A stretch of 64,000 nt of DNA, from positions 28,727 to 92,726 of IMG/VR virus record IMGVR_UViG_3300005077_000936; one strand, 5' to 3'. This DNA comes from a virus. The notes under the pieces are model-generated. The model worked only from the letters and a program-made list of their open reading frames with translations, was not told the origin of the DNA and ran no database searches. Of this stretch, positions 17,149-26,156 are shown piece after piece. Positions within the stretch are counted from its first letter, which is position 1, and every line of letters starts with the position of its first letter. The translations under genes and the position numbers were made by a program.

Positions 17149-17958
17149 ATGGATTCTAAAACACAATTCCCCACAAAGCATGTACTTGTCTATTCAACAG
17201 TAGGCAAGGGTGTGGTAGAGTTTGACACACAAGCTGCCACATGGTTAGACCTGAAGAAAAATCTCAGAGAGATGCAGGTCAAATTTGATGGCATGAAAGC
17301 TGTCATCGGAGAAAACAGACATACTCTTGAATCAGATCAGGCTACTCTTCCTGATGGTGATTTCAGCCTGTTCCTGATGCCTATTAAGGTTAAATCAGGA
17401 GCTTATACAAGAGCAGAACTTTTTGAAAGGATAAAAGCACTTGTTGCCAGCAATCCTGACATGAAACAAAAGTTCATCGTTGATGGAAAGAACATGACCC
17501 AACTCAGCACTGATAAGCTGAATGAACTTTGGGCAAAGCATGGTGAGAAAGGTGGAGTTATCTCTGCTCCTGCACCTACTGCCAAAGATACCGTAAAAGA
17601 GCAGAAACAGGCTGTCAGCAGTGTTGTGGAATCAATCAAGGGTAAGACCAGCATTGATCTTGTTACAGCACTAAACAAGCTTCATAAAGACCTTAATGAG
17701 ATAATCACTGATTATCCTGTAAAAGTCCCTACCTCTGAACTTGTTGAGTGGAACAAACACCTTGAAGCTGTTCTGAAAAACGCTGAAACTAAACCAAAGC
17801 AAAAATCTGAGCCTCCTGTTCCCATGGTTGACCCCGAAGAGGAAAGAAGAAAGGAAGAAAAGAGACTTGCAGAGGAAGCTGAAAAGAAAAGAAAGGATGA
17901 ACTTGACAAGAAAGCAAGGGATATGGCAAGGGAGTTTAAGGACATCGGAAGTTTCTAA
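17149..17958 (+). CDS. ubiquitin-like (beta-grasp) protein precursor with C-terminal extension
   Basis: Residues 1-84 have a beta-beta-alpha-beta pattern ending ...LFLMPIKVKSG, followed by a helical and low-complexity tail; located directly upstream of the E2/JAB/E1 genes. Confidence 0.65.
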   Translation: MDSKTQFPTKHVLVYSTVGKGVVEFDTQAATWLDLKKNLREMQVKFDGMKAVIGENRHTLESDQATLPDGDFSLFLMPIKVKSGAYTRAELFERIKALVASNPDMKQKFIVDGKNMTQLSTDKLNELWAKHGEKGGVISAPAPTAKDTVKEQKQAVSSVVESIKGKTSIDLVTALNKLHKDLNEIITDYPVKVPTSELVEWNKHLEAVLKNAETKPKQKSEPPVPMVDPEEERRKEEKRLAEEAEKKRKDELDKKARDMAREFKDIGSF

Positions 17959-17965
17959 TCTACTG

Positions 17966-18008
17966 AAAGTGAACTGAGTTGTATTTCTATAATTCAGTTC
18001 ACTTTTTT
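17966..18008 (+). terminator. strong intrinsic terminator
   Basis: 18-bp stem AAAGTGAACTGAGTTGTA/TATAATTCAGTTCACTTT, loop TTTC, followed by a T-run. Confidence 0.85.
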
Positions 18009-18033
18009 TATTTAATTACTAAACTTTACAACA

Positions 18034-18174
18034 ATGAAAGTCATAAATTGGATACTTGGACTCTTTGGTTACAAAATAATCAATGTTGCCAAAACAAAAG
18101 AACAAGAATTAAAGGAAAAGGCTGAAGATATACGCAGGTCATTTCCTGATGACATTTCCCAACCTCTTAGATGA
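18034..18174 (+). CDS. 46-aa protein missed by the ORF track (MKVINWILGLFGYKII...)
   Basis: AT-rich leader; its TGA overlaps the E2 ATG (ATGA); amphipathic N-terminus. Confidence 0.65.
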   Translation: MKVINWILGLFGYKIINVAKTKEQELKEKAEDIRRSFPDDISQPLR

Positions 18175-19370
18175 TGAGATCAGAAATAGACCAAAGAATA
18201 GTAGAAAAAAGCAATATGCTTCGTAATTGGTGGGAAGACAGAGATATTACTAATACTCTTATAAAGATGAAAAGAGTTTCAAGAAGAGCAGTAAAATTCA
18301 TAAAAGACATAATTCCCATACTTGAAAATGTATATCCCAGTTTATGGGATATACAGTTCTTTCCTTACTCTGGAAATTATCAGGGAATATCTTTCAGAGA
18401 AACAGAGAAGAGATACTCTTTTTCTACATCAGATGTAAGATTTGTCACCTATCTTCCCAATATCGTAATACATTTTCCTTATTCAAAGATGACTAACATG
18501 AATAATCAAACCCATGAAATATATGATATTTATGTAAGGATTCCCATTGAATCATCTGGAAGAAGTATAATGATTACCAGAATACTTGGATTAAGACAAA
18601 GTTACTCTTACGCAGAAGCTATAAGTAACTATCGTTTTAGTCATCTTACATCAAGATCAGTGTCAGAACCTCCTGTATATGATTCTTTCTGTCTTGGATC
18701 AGGAGAGATAAACCAATGTATGGCAATGTTTAACAGTACTCAGAACCTTGCTACATTTAAACATTTCCTTTTCTACATAGAAAGTTATCTTGCTTATGAA
18801 AGCATAGAGGGAGTACCCTATGAAAAATTTGAGAAGATAAGTTCTTTTAGAGGAGCAAGATTTACTGATATTCCCAATTATGATCTCATAACAGTTTACA
18901 AAACTATTACTCAAAACATACCATTATATAAACAAGAGTATCCATTTGATTTAAGATTAACATCATCAAATGGAAAAATTAAAATTGGAGATATGGTTCA
19001 CTTTGAGAAAATAGTTAACAGGATCATTAATATGGCAATAAGAAATGGAGGGGTTCCAAGACATTTTCCTTCTGAACAATTGATATTTATGTTCAAATTA
19101 CCTGATGGAAGCAGAACAGATGCATCAACAGATGTTACTCCTTCAGGAGACATTATCTTTAATGATGAGCATTTCTATTTCAGAGGAGAAAAAAGAATAA
19201 TGAAAATAGTTGGACATGCTGTTGATTACAGTAGAATAAGAATATATGAACAAAGAGTTGTCAAACCTAAAGTACTTAACTATGTCAAAGAAAGAATTGA
19301 ACACAAACTCAACTACACCTTCACTGCCCGTAATATCACTGAAAGAATTAATCAAAGTAGTAGTTCCTGA
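18171..19370 (+). CDS. prokaryotic E2-like (ubiquitin-conjugating fold) protein
   Basis: YRFSHL followed by DSFCLGSG (His...Cys spacing of the E2 active site), in context with Ubl, JAB and ThiF genes. Confidence 0.6.
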   Translation: MMRSEIDQRIVEKSNMLRNWWEDRDITNTLIKMKRVSRRAVKFIKDIIPILENVYPSLWDIQFFPYSGNYQGISFRETEKRYSFSTSDVRFVTYLPNIVIHFPYSKMTNMNNQTHEIYDIYVRIPIESSGRSIMITRILGLRQSYSYAEAISNYRFSHLTSRSVSEPPVYDSFCLGSGEINQCMAMFNSTQNLATFKHFLFYIESYLAYESIEGVPYEKFEKISSFRGARFTDIPNYDLITVYKTITQNIPLYKQEYPFDLRLTSSNGKIKIGDMVHFEKIVNRIINMAIRNGGVPRHFPSEQLIFMFKLPDGSRTDASTDVTPSGDIIFNDEHFYFRGEKRIMKIVGHAVDYSRIRIYEQRVVKPKVLNYVKERIEHKLNYTFTARNITERINQSSSS

Positions 19371-20493
19371 GCATGTGAAGGACCAGATAAAGTATCTCTG
19401 TGCAAAGATACCAAACAATGAATGGTCAGGGGCATTATTTTATGATGTCAAAGGGTCTATTAAAGATCCTGAAAACTTTTCCATTGAACTAAAGGAAATT
19501 TTTCCTATGGATATTGGAAGTGGTGCACATACAGAATATTCACCTGATGAGGAACTTGCTACATTTATGATGGACAATCCTGAGTTTCTGCCAAAGCCTG
19601 ATGGAACAGGAATGAAAATGGGACATATCCACAGTCATAATACAATGGGTGTATTCTTCTCAGCAGAAGATGACTCAGAGTTGAATGATAATTCATCAAA
19701 CCATAACTATTATCTTTCAGTTGTCACCAATAACAAGCTTGAATTTGCTATCAAAATTGCTTTCCGTGGCAAGGTATCAGTTTCAGGTAGTGATGAAAAT
19801 GGTGAACCTTATATTATGCAGAGCAATGACGAAGTCATGTTTGTATATAAAGGAGTTGCTTATAATACTCTTCCTGTAGTTAACAGTACTTTCAGGAGCA
19901 GGATAGCATTTCTGACTGAAGAAGCAAAAAGGAAAGAAGAGAAAAGGAGAATAGAAATGGATAGCAGGTTCAAAGCAAGGGATTATTCTGCTGATAATAA
20001 GAAATATCAGGGAAAGCATTTCCAGCCTGAGCTTCCACTGGACAGTAAGACTCCTTATCATCATCCTTTAAGGATACATGAGATTCCCATTGATCAGCAA
20101 CTTGTTGATGATGTTCCTGAAAGCACTGCACTTGTTGATGAACAGTTTGTAATCAGACTTCTCTGCCTTAATAAAGGATATGAAAGGTATGCTACAATTG
20201 GTGAAGTACTTCAGGAAATAGAGAAAACTTATGAGATATATGACTATATCATGAAATACAGTACAGAGATAGTTGATATCTATTTTTCTCTTTATAGGGA
20301 AATATACGGAGAGGCAATGACCATTGAACAGATGATAGAAGATATGGATGAAACTATGATGCTTCTTGAAGACTACATAGAATCTTTTCAATGGGTTGAT
20401 TTCATTACTGATAGCCTGCAACAGCTTGCTTACAGATTTGAAGATTCTCTTATGTCAAATAATATTAACGAGGAAGAACATGGGAAGAGATGA
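19282..20493 (+). CDS. JAB/MPN+ metalloprotease with acidic C-terminal extension
   Basis: NEWSG (catalytic Glu) and GHIHSHNTMGVFFSAEDD (HxH..S..D JAMM motif); start refined to ATG 19282. Confidence 0.88.
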   Translation: MSKKELNTNSTTPSLPVISLKELIKVVVPEHVKDQIKYLCAKIPNNEWSGALFYDVKGSIKDPENFSIELKEIFPMDIGSGAHTEYSPDEELATFMMDNPEFLPKPDGTGMKMGHIHSHNTMGVFFSAEDDSELNDNSSNHNYYLSVVTNNKLEFAIKIAFRGKVSVSGSDENGEPYIMQSNDEVMFVYKGVAYNTLPVVNSTFRSRIAFLTEEAKRKEEKRRIEMDSRFKARDYSADNKKYQGKHFQPELPLDSKTPYHHPLRIHEIPIDQQLVDDVPESTALVDEQFVIRLLCLNKGYERYATIGEVLQEIEKTYEIYDYIMKYSTEIVDIYFSLYREIYGEAMTIEQMIEDMDETMMLLEDYIESFQWVDFITDSLQQLAYRFEDSLMSNNINEEEHGKR

Positions 20494-21172
20494 CAGATTT
20501 AAGGACATAGAATGGTATGTACCAAGTGGAATAGCATGCCTTGTAGGTGGAGCAGGTGGAATTTCATCATGGCTCATTTTTCTTCTTTCAAGAGCAGGCT
20601 TTACATGTACTGTTTTTGATGATGACATAATTGAAGAACATAATCTTGGAGGACAGTTATATGCAAATGACCATGTAGGAAGGCTTAAAGTTGAATCCCT
20701 TTCTGATACTGTCTCCAGATATACAGGTCAATGGCTTGATACAGTAGATACTCGTTATGATTCTTATTCAATTAATCATGAACTTATGTTTTGTGGGTTT
20801 GATAACATGCAAGCAAGAAAAGACTTTTATTTAAGGTGGAAAGAAAAGGTAAATGAAGAAGATACTGATAAAGGTCTTTGTCTCTTTATTGATGGAAGGC
20901 TTCTTGCAGAGCAATATCAAATCATTGCAATCAGGGGAACTGATGAAGACAGGATGCAACAGTATGAAGAAAAGTATCTTTTTACCGATGATGAAGTAGA
21001 TGATGCTGTATGTACCATAAGACAAACATCTCACATTGCTGCAATGATGGCAGGAAATATGGTAAGTATTATTACTAATCATATTGCCAATCATAAGACA
21101 AGACATAATGTGAGGTATATTCCCTTCTTTACTTCCTATCTTGGGCCATTAACTTTAACAGAAACAATATGA
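20480..21172 (+). CDS. ThiF/E1-like activating enzyme
   Basis: VGGAGGISS nucleotide loop, DDDIIEEHNLGGQ, CGFDNMQAR, IDGR, candidate catalytic Cys in AVCT; start refined to ATG 20480. Confidence 0.9.
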   Translation: MGRDDRFKDIEWYVPSGIACLVGGAGGISSWLIFLLSRAGFTCTVFDDDIIEEHNLGGQLYANDHVGRLKVESLSDTVSRYTGQWLDTVDTRYDSYSINHELMFCGFDNMQARKDFYLRWKEKVNEEDTDKGLCLFIDGRLLAEQYQIIAIRGTDEDRMQQYEEKYLFTDDEVDDAVCTIRQTSHIAAMMAGNMVSIITNHIANHKTRHNVRYIPFFTSYLGPLTLTETI

Positions 21173-21840
21173 GACGGATAGTTAATATATCTTTAGATAA
21201 AGAAAGGCTTTTCTCAAGTCTTATTGGATATGTAAATCCAAGAGGAGAGGATTTTCAATCAGAGTATTGTCTATCCATTATGGGAACAAGTATGGACAAT
21301 GATTTTATTCCTGTATTTGCAGGAGGAATATCTCAAGTAATTACAGTAGGAAATCGAAGGGCACTCTTGTATTCCTTATACTCAATGAATTCTGTGTCTG
21401 CATTTACAGTAGGAAGGTCAAGAAGATTTAGAACCAGTCATGGAGAGGCAATACATAACTATGACGCAGGAGCACTTGTAATCCAGAGAGAAAGATATTC
21501 TTTCATGAAAGATTGTCTTTATAAGGAGTCAGGTGAAGGAGCAACATTACTTCTTACTCTTGCTGTAAGAAGGGATAAATTCTGGACATTCAGGAGCAAC
21601 TTCTCTTATGGTTACATGGCTCTCTTTATTTCTGATGCATTCATGGAAAACTCAGAATTTAAGCCAGCAAGAAGTAAATTTGCATCTTATATCAGGACTG
21701 TAAAAGAACTCGGAATAGATGTAGTAACTACTTCATCAATTGAGAAATGGTGCTTTAATACAAGCATTGCACTACCTACATTTAATAGTCTTCAAGAAAG
21801 AAGAGAATTCTTTGGAGGTCTTACAAATCTAATAACATGA
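21169..21840 (+). CDS. hypothetical protein coupled to the E1 gene
   Basis: ATGA overlaps at both ends. Confidence 0.75.
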   Translation: MRRIVNISLDKERLFSSLIGYVNPRGEDFQSEYCLSIMGTSMDNDFIPVFAGGISQVITVGNRRALLYSLYSMNSVSAFTVGRSRRFRTSHGEAIHNYDAGALVIQRERYSFMKDCLYKESGEGATLLLTLAVRRDKFWTFRSNFSYGYMALFISDAFMENSEFKPARSKFASYIRTVKELGIDVVTTSSIEKWCFNTSIALPTFNSLQERREFFGGLTNLIT

Positions 21841-22274
21841 ACAATGCTGAGAAGCCTAATTATGGGCGTAGAAACAAAAACAAAGGTAATAGTGCTGAAA
21901 GACTTTATGCTAAACTATTCAGGGAAGCAGGATTTGATAAATGCAGAACATCAAGAGAAGGTTCAAGACTTCATGATGACTGTGCCATTGATCTTATCTT
22001 TATTCCCTGTTCCGTTCAGATAAAAGCAGGAAAGCAGAGGGGAATGAATGTATCAAAAGTTCTTTCTGAAATGGATGAAAGAATCAAGATTGCTTTTCCT
22101 GAAGGTTATCCTGAGCACACTTTACCAAGAGTTGTCATACATCATAAGGACAGGGAACAAGGAAAAAGAGAAAGAAATGAATATGACAGTATTGTTTCCA
22201 TGACATTTGATACATTTTTAAAACTACTAAAATCATACACAAATGATAATAAGAACACCAAAGGAATTACTTGA
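21837..22274 (+). CDS. PD-(D/E)XK nuclease, Holliday junction resolvase-like
   Basis: KGNSAER, IDLI, VQIK. Confidence 0.75.
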   Translation: MNNAEKPNYGRRNKNKGNSAERLYAKLFREAGFDKCRTSREGSRLHDDCAIDLIFIPCSVQIKAGKQRGMNVSKVLSEMDERIKIAFPEGYPEHTLPRVVIHHKDREQGKRERNEYDSIVSMTFDTFLKLLKSYTNDNKNTKGIT

Positions 22275-23505
22275 AGAATATGAATCCCACACAGGAGTAA
22301 GTCAAAGTGAACTTAAATCAACTCTTGGTGGGATTCATGGCTACAAAAGATTTCTTGAGAATAAGAAAAACATAAGTGATAAGTATTATGATGAGCCTGC
22401 TGAGCACTTTATTATAGGCACAGGGGTAGATCATCTTATTACTTATGGTGCAGAAAGCTTTAATAACACTTACTATATAAGTGATATTGAGGAAAAACCT
22501 TCTGATGCCATTATGTCCATTGTAAAGGCTGTATTTGATACAGCAGTAGTGGAGATGCAAGAATCACAAATGGAACAACTTCTCACCCTTGATATGTATA
22601 GGGATATGATAATTCTATCTGCAAATACTCATCAATGGAACAAGTCATGGGGAGACGATGCCAAGTACAATAACATTGTGAAGGCAGGTAGTAACTATTT
22701 CAATGATCTGGTTAAAGGAAAAGGAAGGAAAATTCTTTCTCTTGACCAGTACAACTCTATCATTTCAGTAAGTAATTCTTTTGTAAATGGTGCAACTAAA
22801 GAATATCTTACTGACGATGATGAATATGCCAAAATATATCTTTTCTTTCAGGTTCCTGTTTATTTCAGCTACAGTGGACTTCCTGCAAAAGGTCTTGTTG
22901 ATTTAATAAGAGTTGAAGTAACGGATAGGGAAGCTTCTGTAAGAGGCTTTGACCTAAAGACAATGTCAGGAATGACATCTGATTTTCTTTCTTCTTATCG
23001 AAGAAGAAGATATGATGTTCAGGCTTCTTGGTATAGGAAAGGAATACTGAATGAGTGGCAGGCTTTTTTGTTAAGATTGCTTGGGCTTAATGCTATTGAG
23101 AAATCTGATTATGATCTTATTACCAAGAAAAGAATAAAGTTTGAAGACGATTTCTTTTTCTTGGTAGAAAGCACAAACAATACAGGAGTTCCCATGGTAT
23201 ACAGAATGGGAACGAATGAATTGGTAAAGGCAGAAAGAGGAAGAAAGAAACTGATGTATGATGCTCTTGATGAACAGTTAAGGGAAATTCATGTAATGTA
23301 TATTCCTGAAGTCAAAGGTTATTCAGACATGCATAAAATGGTCTCATTTTACAGAAAGCAGGGTGACAACATTACTATTCCTTACGTTGAATCAACATTC
23401 TTTAACATTACATGGGAGAATACAGATATTTTCCTTCCTGAAAATTCTGGCACAAGACTCATGAGCAATGTAACAGTTGACATTGAAGATTCTGATCCAT
23501 TCTAA
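22243..23505 (+). CDS. PD-(D/E)XK exonuclease (RecE/DUF3799-like)
   Basis: SQSELK, GTGVDHL, KGLVDL, DLKT, YDVQASWY. Confidence 0.8.
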   Translation: MIIRTPKELLEEYESHTGVSQSELKSTLGGIHGYKRFLENKKNISDKYYDEPAEHFIIGTGVDHLITYGAESFNNTYYISDIEEKPSDAIMSIVKAVFDTAVVEMQESQMEQLLTLDMYRDMIILSANTHQWNKSWGDDAKYNNIVKAGSNYFNDLVKGKGRKILSLDQYNSIISVSNSFVNGATKEYLTDDDEYAKIYLFFQVPVYFSYSGLPAKGLVDLIRVEVTDREASVRGFDLKTMSGMTSDFLSSYRRRRYDVQASWYRKGILNEWQAFLLRLLGLNAIEKSDYDLITKKRIKFEDDFFFLVESTNNTGVPMVYRMGTNELVKAERGRKKLMYDALDEQLREIHVMYIPEVKGYSDMHKMVSFYRKQGDNITIPYVESTFFNITWENTDIFLPENSGTRLMSNVTVDIEDSDPF

Positions 23506-23516
23506 AACACTAAGCT

Positions 23517-24152
23517 ATGTATGGAGAACCAATGAAGATACAGCTTGGAAGGATACTTATGAACAGGACAAGAAAGTACCTGTTCCCAATCATCAAATTC
23601 TATGGTGATGATTTTACATCTGTGATTAATTCCTTCTTCAAAGTAGGAATAGGGATAGGAGATATAGTAGTAAACAAATGTGGAATCCATCATGAAAAGC
23701 ATCTTTTTATTCTTGTTGATACCAGCGTATCTCATTCTCTTTTTGTTACAGGTATGAATTGGATCAAAGAGCATCCTGCATATGAAGATGACTATGCCTT
23801 TGATAATGTTAAGACAGGAAGGCTTCACATGATAGTAATAAAAGTTCCTGATACATACATTGAATCTCTTAACAACTTCAAGAAAAGTAAATTCTCTAAG
23901 ATGTACTCAAGGGATGATATTATGAAGTTCTTCAGTTACAAAGGAGGGGATAAAGCACAAATGAAAATTTATCAGGACATACAAAAGGTACTGATTCATG
24001 ATCATAACTACAGGATAGAGTTTGCAAAATGCATTGAGAAGGAATTTGACATTCCAAAATTTTCACCTTCCGAGATTGAACAAGATTGGGAATATGACCT
24101 TCCCATTATCTTTGGAGAAGAATTGTTTAACGCAGAGTCAGAAGGGGAGTAA
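23517..24152 (+). CDS. hypothetical protein
   Basis: 211-aa ORF. Confidence 0.8.
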   Translation: MYGEPMKIQLGRILMNRTRKYLFPIIKFYGDDFTSVINSFFKVGIGIGDIVVNKCGIHHEKHLFILVDTSVSHSLFVTGMNWIKEHPAYEDDYAFDNVKTGRLHMIVIKVPDTYIESLNNFKKSKFSKMYSRDDIMKFFSYKGGDKAQMKIYQDIQKVLIHDHNYRIEFAKCIEKEFDIPKFSPSEIEQDWEYDLPIIFGEELFNAESEGE

Positions 24153-24169
24153 TCCCCTTCTTATTCTTT
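24141..24169 (+). terminator. probable intrinsic terminator
   Basis: GAAGGGGA-GTAA-TCCCCTTC (GNRA loop) followed by TTATTCTTT. Confidence 0.65.
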
Positions 24170-24181
24170 AATCCTTTCAAC

Positions 24182-24541
24182 ATGAGTAAATTTAAACTAA
24201 ATCAAGTAGTTGTATGGCTTGATCCTGAAAAAATTACATCAGCCATTTACAAAGTGAATGATGTAGTAAAAGGCATATACTTTCTGAAGAATGAACACTC
24301 TGAAACCTTTGCTAATGAATGTGAGCTTGTAGAACCTAAAAGCATTCTTGTTTGTAAAGAATGTGGATGTTTTCATGTTCAGATTCAATCATGGGTTGAC
24401 ATTAACACTGATGATATAATGGGAGATATTGCAGATCCACATAGATGGTGTGAAAACTGTAAAGGAGATGTAGATGTTATCAGTGCTACTGATTACTATC
24501 AACTTGAAATAGAACTCTTAAAAACAAAAACATGGAAATAG
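24182..24541 (+). CDS. hypothetical protein with two CxxC pairs
   Basis: CKECG...WCENC. Confidence 0.75.
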   Translation: MSKFKLNQVVVWLDPEKITSAIYKVNDVVKGIYFLKNEHSETFANECELVEPKSILVCKECGCFHVQIQSWVDINTDDIMGDIADPHRWCENCKGDVDVISATDYYQLEIELLKTKTWK

Positions 24542-24759
24542 AAAAATTAGATTCATATCAGGTAGCCAGCCTGTTAAAAGGAAAAATTGATGACCTTAAT
24601 GAACTACTGTTGGAAATGTTCAAGAATAACTATGGGATTGAGTTATGGTTTGATGGTGATATGATTATTCCTAATCATCGTGGAACCAATAAATTCAAAC
24701 ATCTTTTTGTCATAGGGTCATTAGTTAAAGAAATACCTCTGCCATCAGATGAACCCTAA
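24532..24759 (+). CDS. hypothetical protein
   Basis: 75-aa ORF in a tightly packed series. Confidence 0.65.
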   Translation: MEIEKLDSYQVASLLKGKIDDLNELLLEMFKNNYGIELWFDGDMIIPNHRGTNKFKHLFVIGSLVKEIPLPSDEP

Positions 24760-24771
24760 AAGCTACTTCTC

Positions 24772-25107
24772 ATGATAAATGTTACACAAGTAATGTCCAG
24801 ACATGGCCCTATAGGTGTAGTCAGGATAAAGTATGCAACTAATCCTCCTCTTGATCAATCTAAGTGTAATGATATTGCTATGCAAGTGATGGATTACTTA
24901 AGAAGTGCTTACATGTCAACAGGAATAACAAATAACCCTATCGTTGTCATTGTAGAACCTAATTTTCCTTTACCTATCTATAATGAAGGTATTGACCCAA
25001 CACCAGATTATGCTAAAGCTACTCAGGAAAAGATGCTTCAAGAAGAAATGAAAAAACAAGATTACTTTGCTAAACCTAAAGAAAAACCTAAAACCCTATT
25101 ACTATGA
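24772..25107 (+). CDS. hypothetical protein
   Basis: 111-aa ORF. Confidence 0.7.
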   Translation: MINVTQVMSRHGPIGVVRIKYATNPPLDQSKCNDIAMQVMDYLRSAYMSTGITNNPIVVIVEPNFPLPIYNEGIDPTPDYAKATQEKMLQEEMKKQDYFAKPKEKPKTLLL

Positions 25108-25385
25108 ACCTTTACCATTCATTACTCAAGCAAGGGAAAGCTGCTGTTGAAGCAATTCAGATTCCCTTTAAAGTCAAAGAAGAACAGAAGAAACTTGAAC
25201 TCAAGATTCTGACTATTGAACAACAAATTGCTTCAAGTACTCTTAAAGTTGAAGAGTGCAAATCTGCCTACCCTGTACAATGGGACAAGCTTCTTGATGC
25301 CATTGATGATATGGAGTTGCTTAAAAGAAAGCTCAAGCTTCTTCAAGAGCTTCAGTTTGAAATGTTTAAAGAAGACAAACAGTGA
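25104..25385 (+). CDS. coiled-coil hypothetical protein
   Basis: 93-aa ORF with heptad pattern, ATGA overlap. Confidence 0.75.
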   Translation: MNLYHSLLKQGKAAVEAIQIPFKVKEEQKKLELKILTIEQQIASSTLKVEECKSAYPVQWDKLLDAIDDMELLKRKLKLLQELQFEMFKEDKQ

Positions 25386-25756
25386 TAGAAAATTTTGAAG
25401 AGTTTACTTTTGATCTTACAAGACAGGAATTAGAAAATGTTCTTGTAATGGAAAGAATGCTTGTTAAATTTCTTCCTTATGGAGGTAGACATCCTGTTAA
25501 ACAGGATGTATTATGTTCTCTCATTAATTTGCAGCTGAAAAAAGAAGGAATTGACTTTAGCATTATACCAACCAGACTTAGAAAATATTTCAATTACTTT
25601 AGATGCAAAGGGAAAATACCTATTATAGCAACTGGAAGAGGGTGCTATTATGGCAATTCAGCAGAAGTAATTAGAAGTGAAATCAGAAGTCTTGAACAAA
25701 GAGCATCTCAAATTTTAAGAGCTGCTGATGGACTTAGAAGTTTAATTCCTGATTAA
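25382..25756 (+). CDS. hypothetical protein (winged-helix-like)
   Basis: GTG start overlapping the previous stop; IRKYFN.FR..G.IPIIA..RGCYY-type pattern. Confidence 0.7.
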   Translation: MIENFEEFTFDLTRQELENVLVMERMLVKFLPYGGRHPVKQDVLCSLINLQLKKEGIDFSIIPTRLRKYFNYFRCKGKIPIIATGRGCYYGNSAEVIRSEIRSLEQRASQILRAADGLRSLIPD

Positions 25757-25763
25757 AAAGACT

Positions 25764-25771
25764 TAAATTTG
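25764..25771 (+). promoter_or_regulatory. TAnnTTTG promoter element for the tRNA locus
   Basis: TAAATTTG ends 9 nt before the tRNA 5' fragment. Confidence 0.5.
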
Positions 25772-25780
25772 TAAGTTCTT

Positions 25781-25805
25781 GCCCTCTTAGCTCAACTGAA
25801 TAGAG
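25781..25805 (+). pseudogene. 5' half of a disrupted tRNA-Arg
   Basis: GCCCTCT-TA-GCTC-AACTGAATA-GAG (acceptor strand plus D-arm); its acceptor strand pairs with AGGGGGT at 26291-26297. Confidence 0.75.
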
Positions 25806-26156
25806 TTAGATAGTAGTATGTTCTATTCTATGACAATTGGCACATAATAAAACACACTTATCTAACTCTATTCTTATTTTCTCCCATGATTGAAGTCTTA
25901 ATTTATCCCATTGAAAATCTTTCTCATTGAAGTTAGTATGATGAAAGTCAAAAACAGAATAAGGAGTATTAGGGTAAGAGATTCCACAATTAATACATTT
26001 ACTACCTTTGTATTGGATTGCTTGTATTTTTCTCTTAATCCATCTTTCTGTACAATATTTGTTAAAGCATACCTTACAATAAGTTGCTTTTCTAATACTA
26101 CTTTGAAAGAACTCTGATTCCTCTTTTTCTTGTTTGCATTTAGAACAAATTCTCAT
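25806..26156 (-). CDS. HNH homing endonuclease with N-terminal zinc finger
   Basis: CSKCK...CKVC, CINCG, FDFHH, CVLLCANCHRIEH. The only - strand gene inside the + block; start refined to 26156. Confidence 0.9.
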   Translation of the reverse strand: MRICSKCKQEKEESEFFQSSIRKATYCKVCFNKYCTERWIKRKIQAIQYKGSKCINCGISYPNTPYSVFDFHHTNFNEKDFQWDKLRLQSWEKIRIELDKCVLLCANCHRIEHTTI

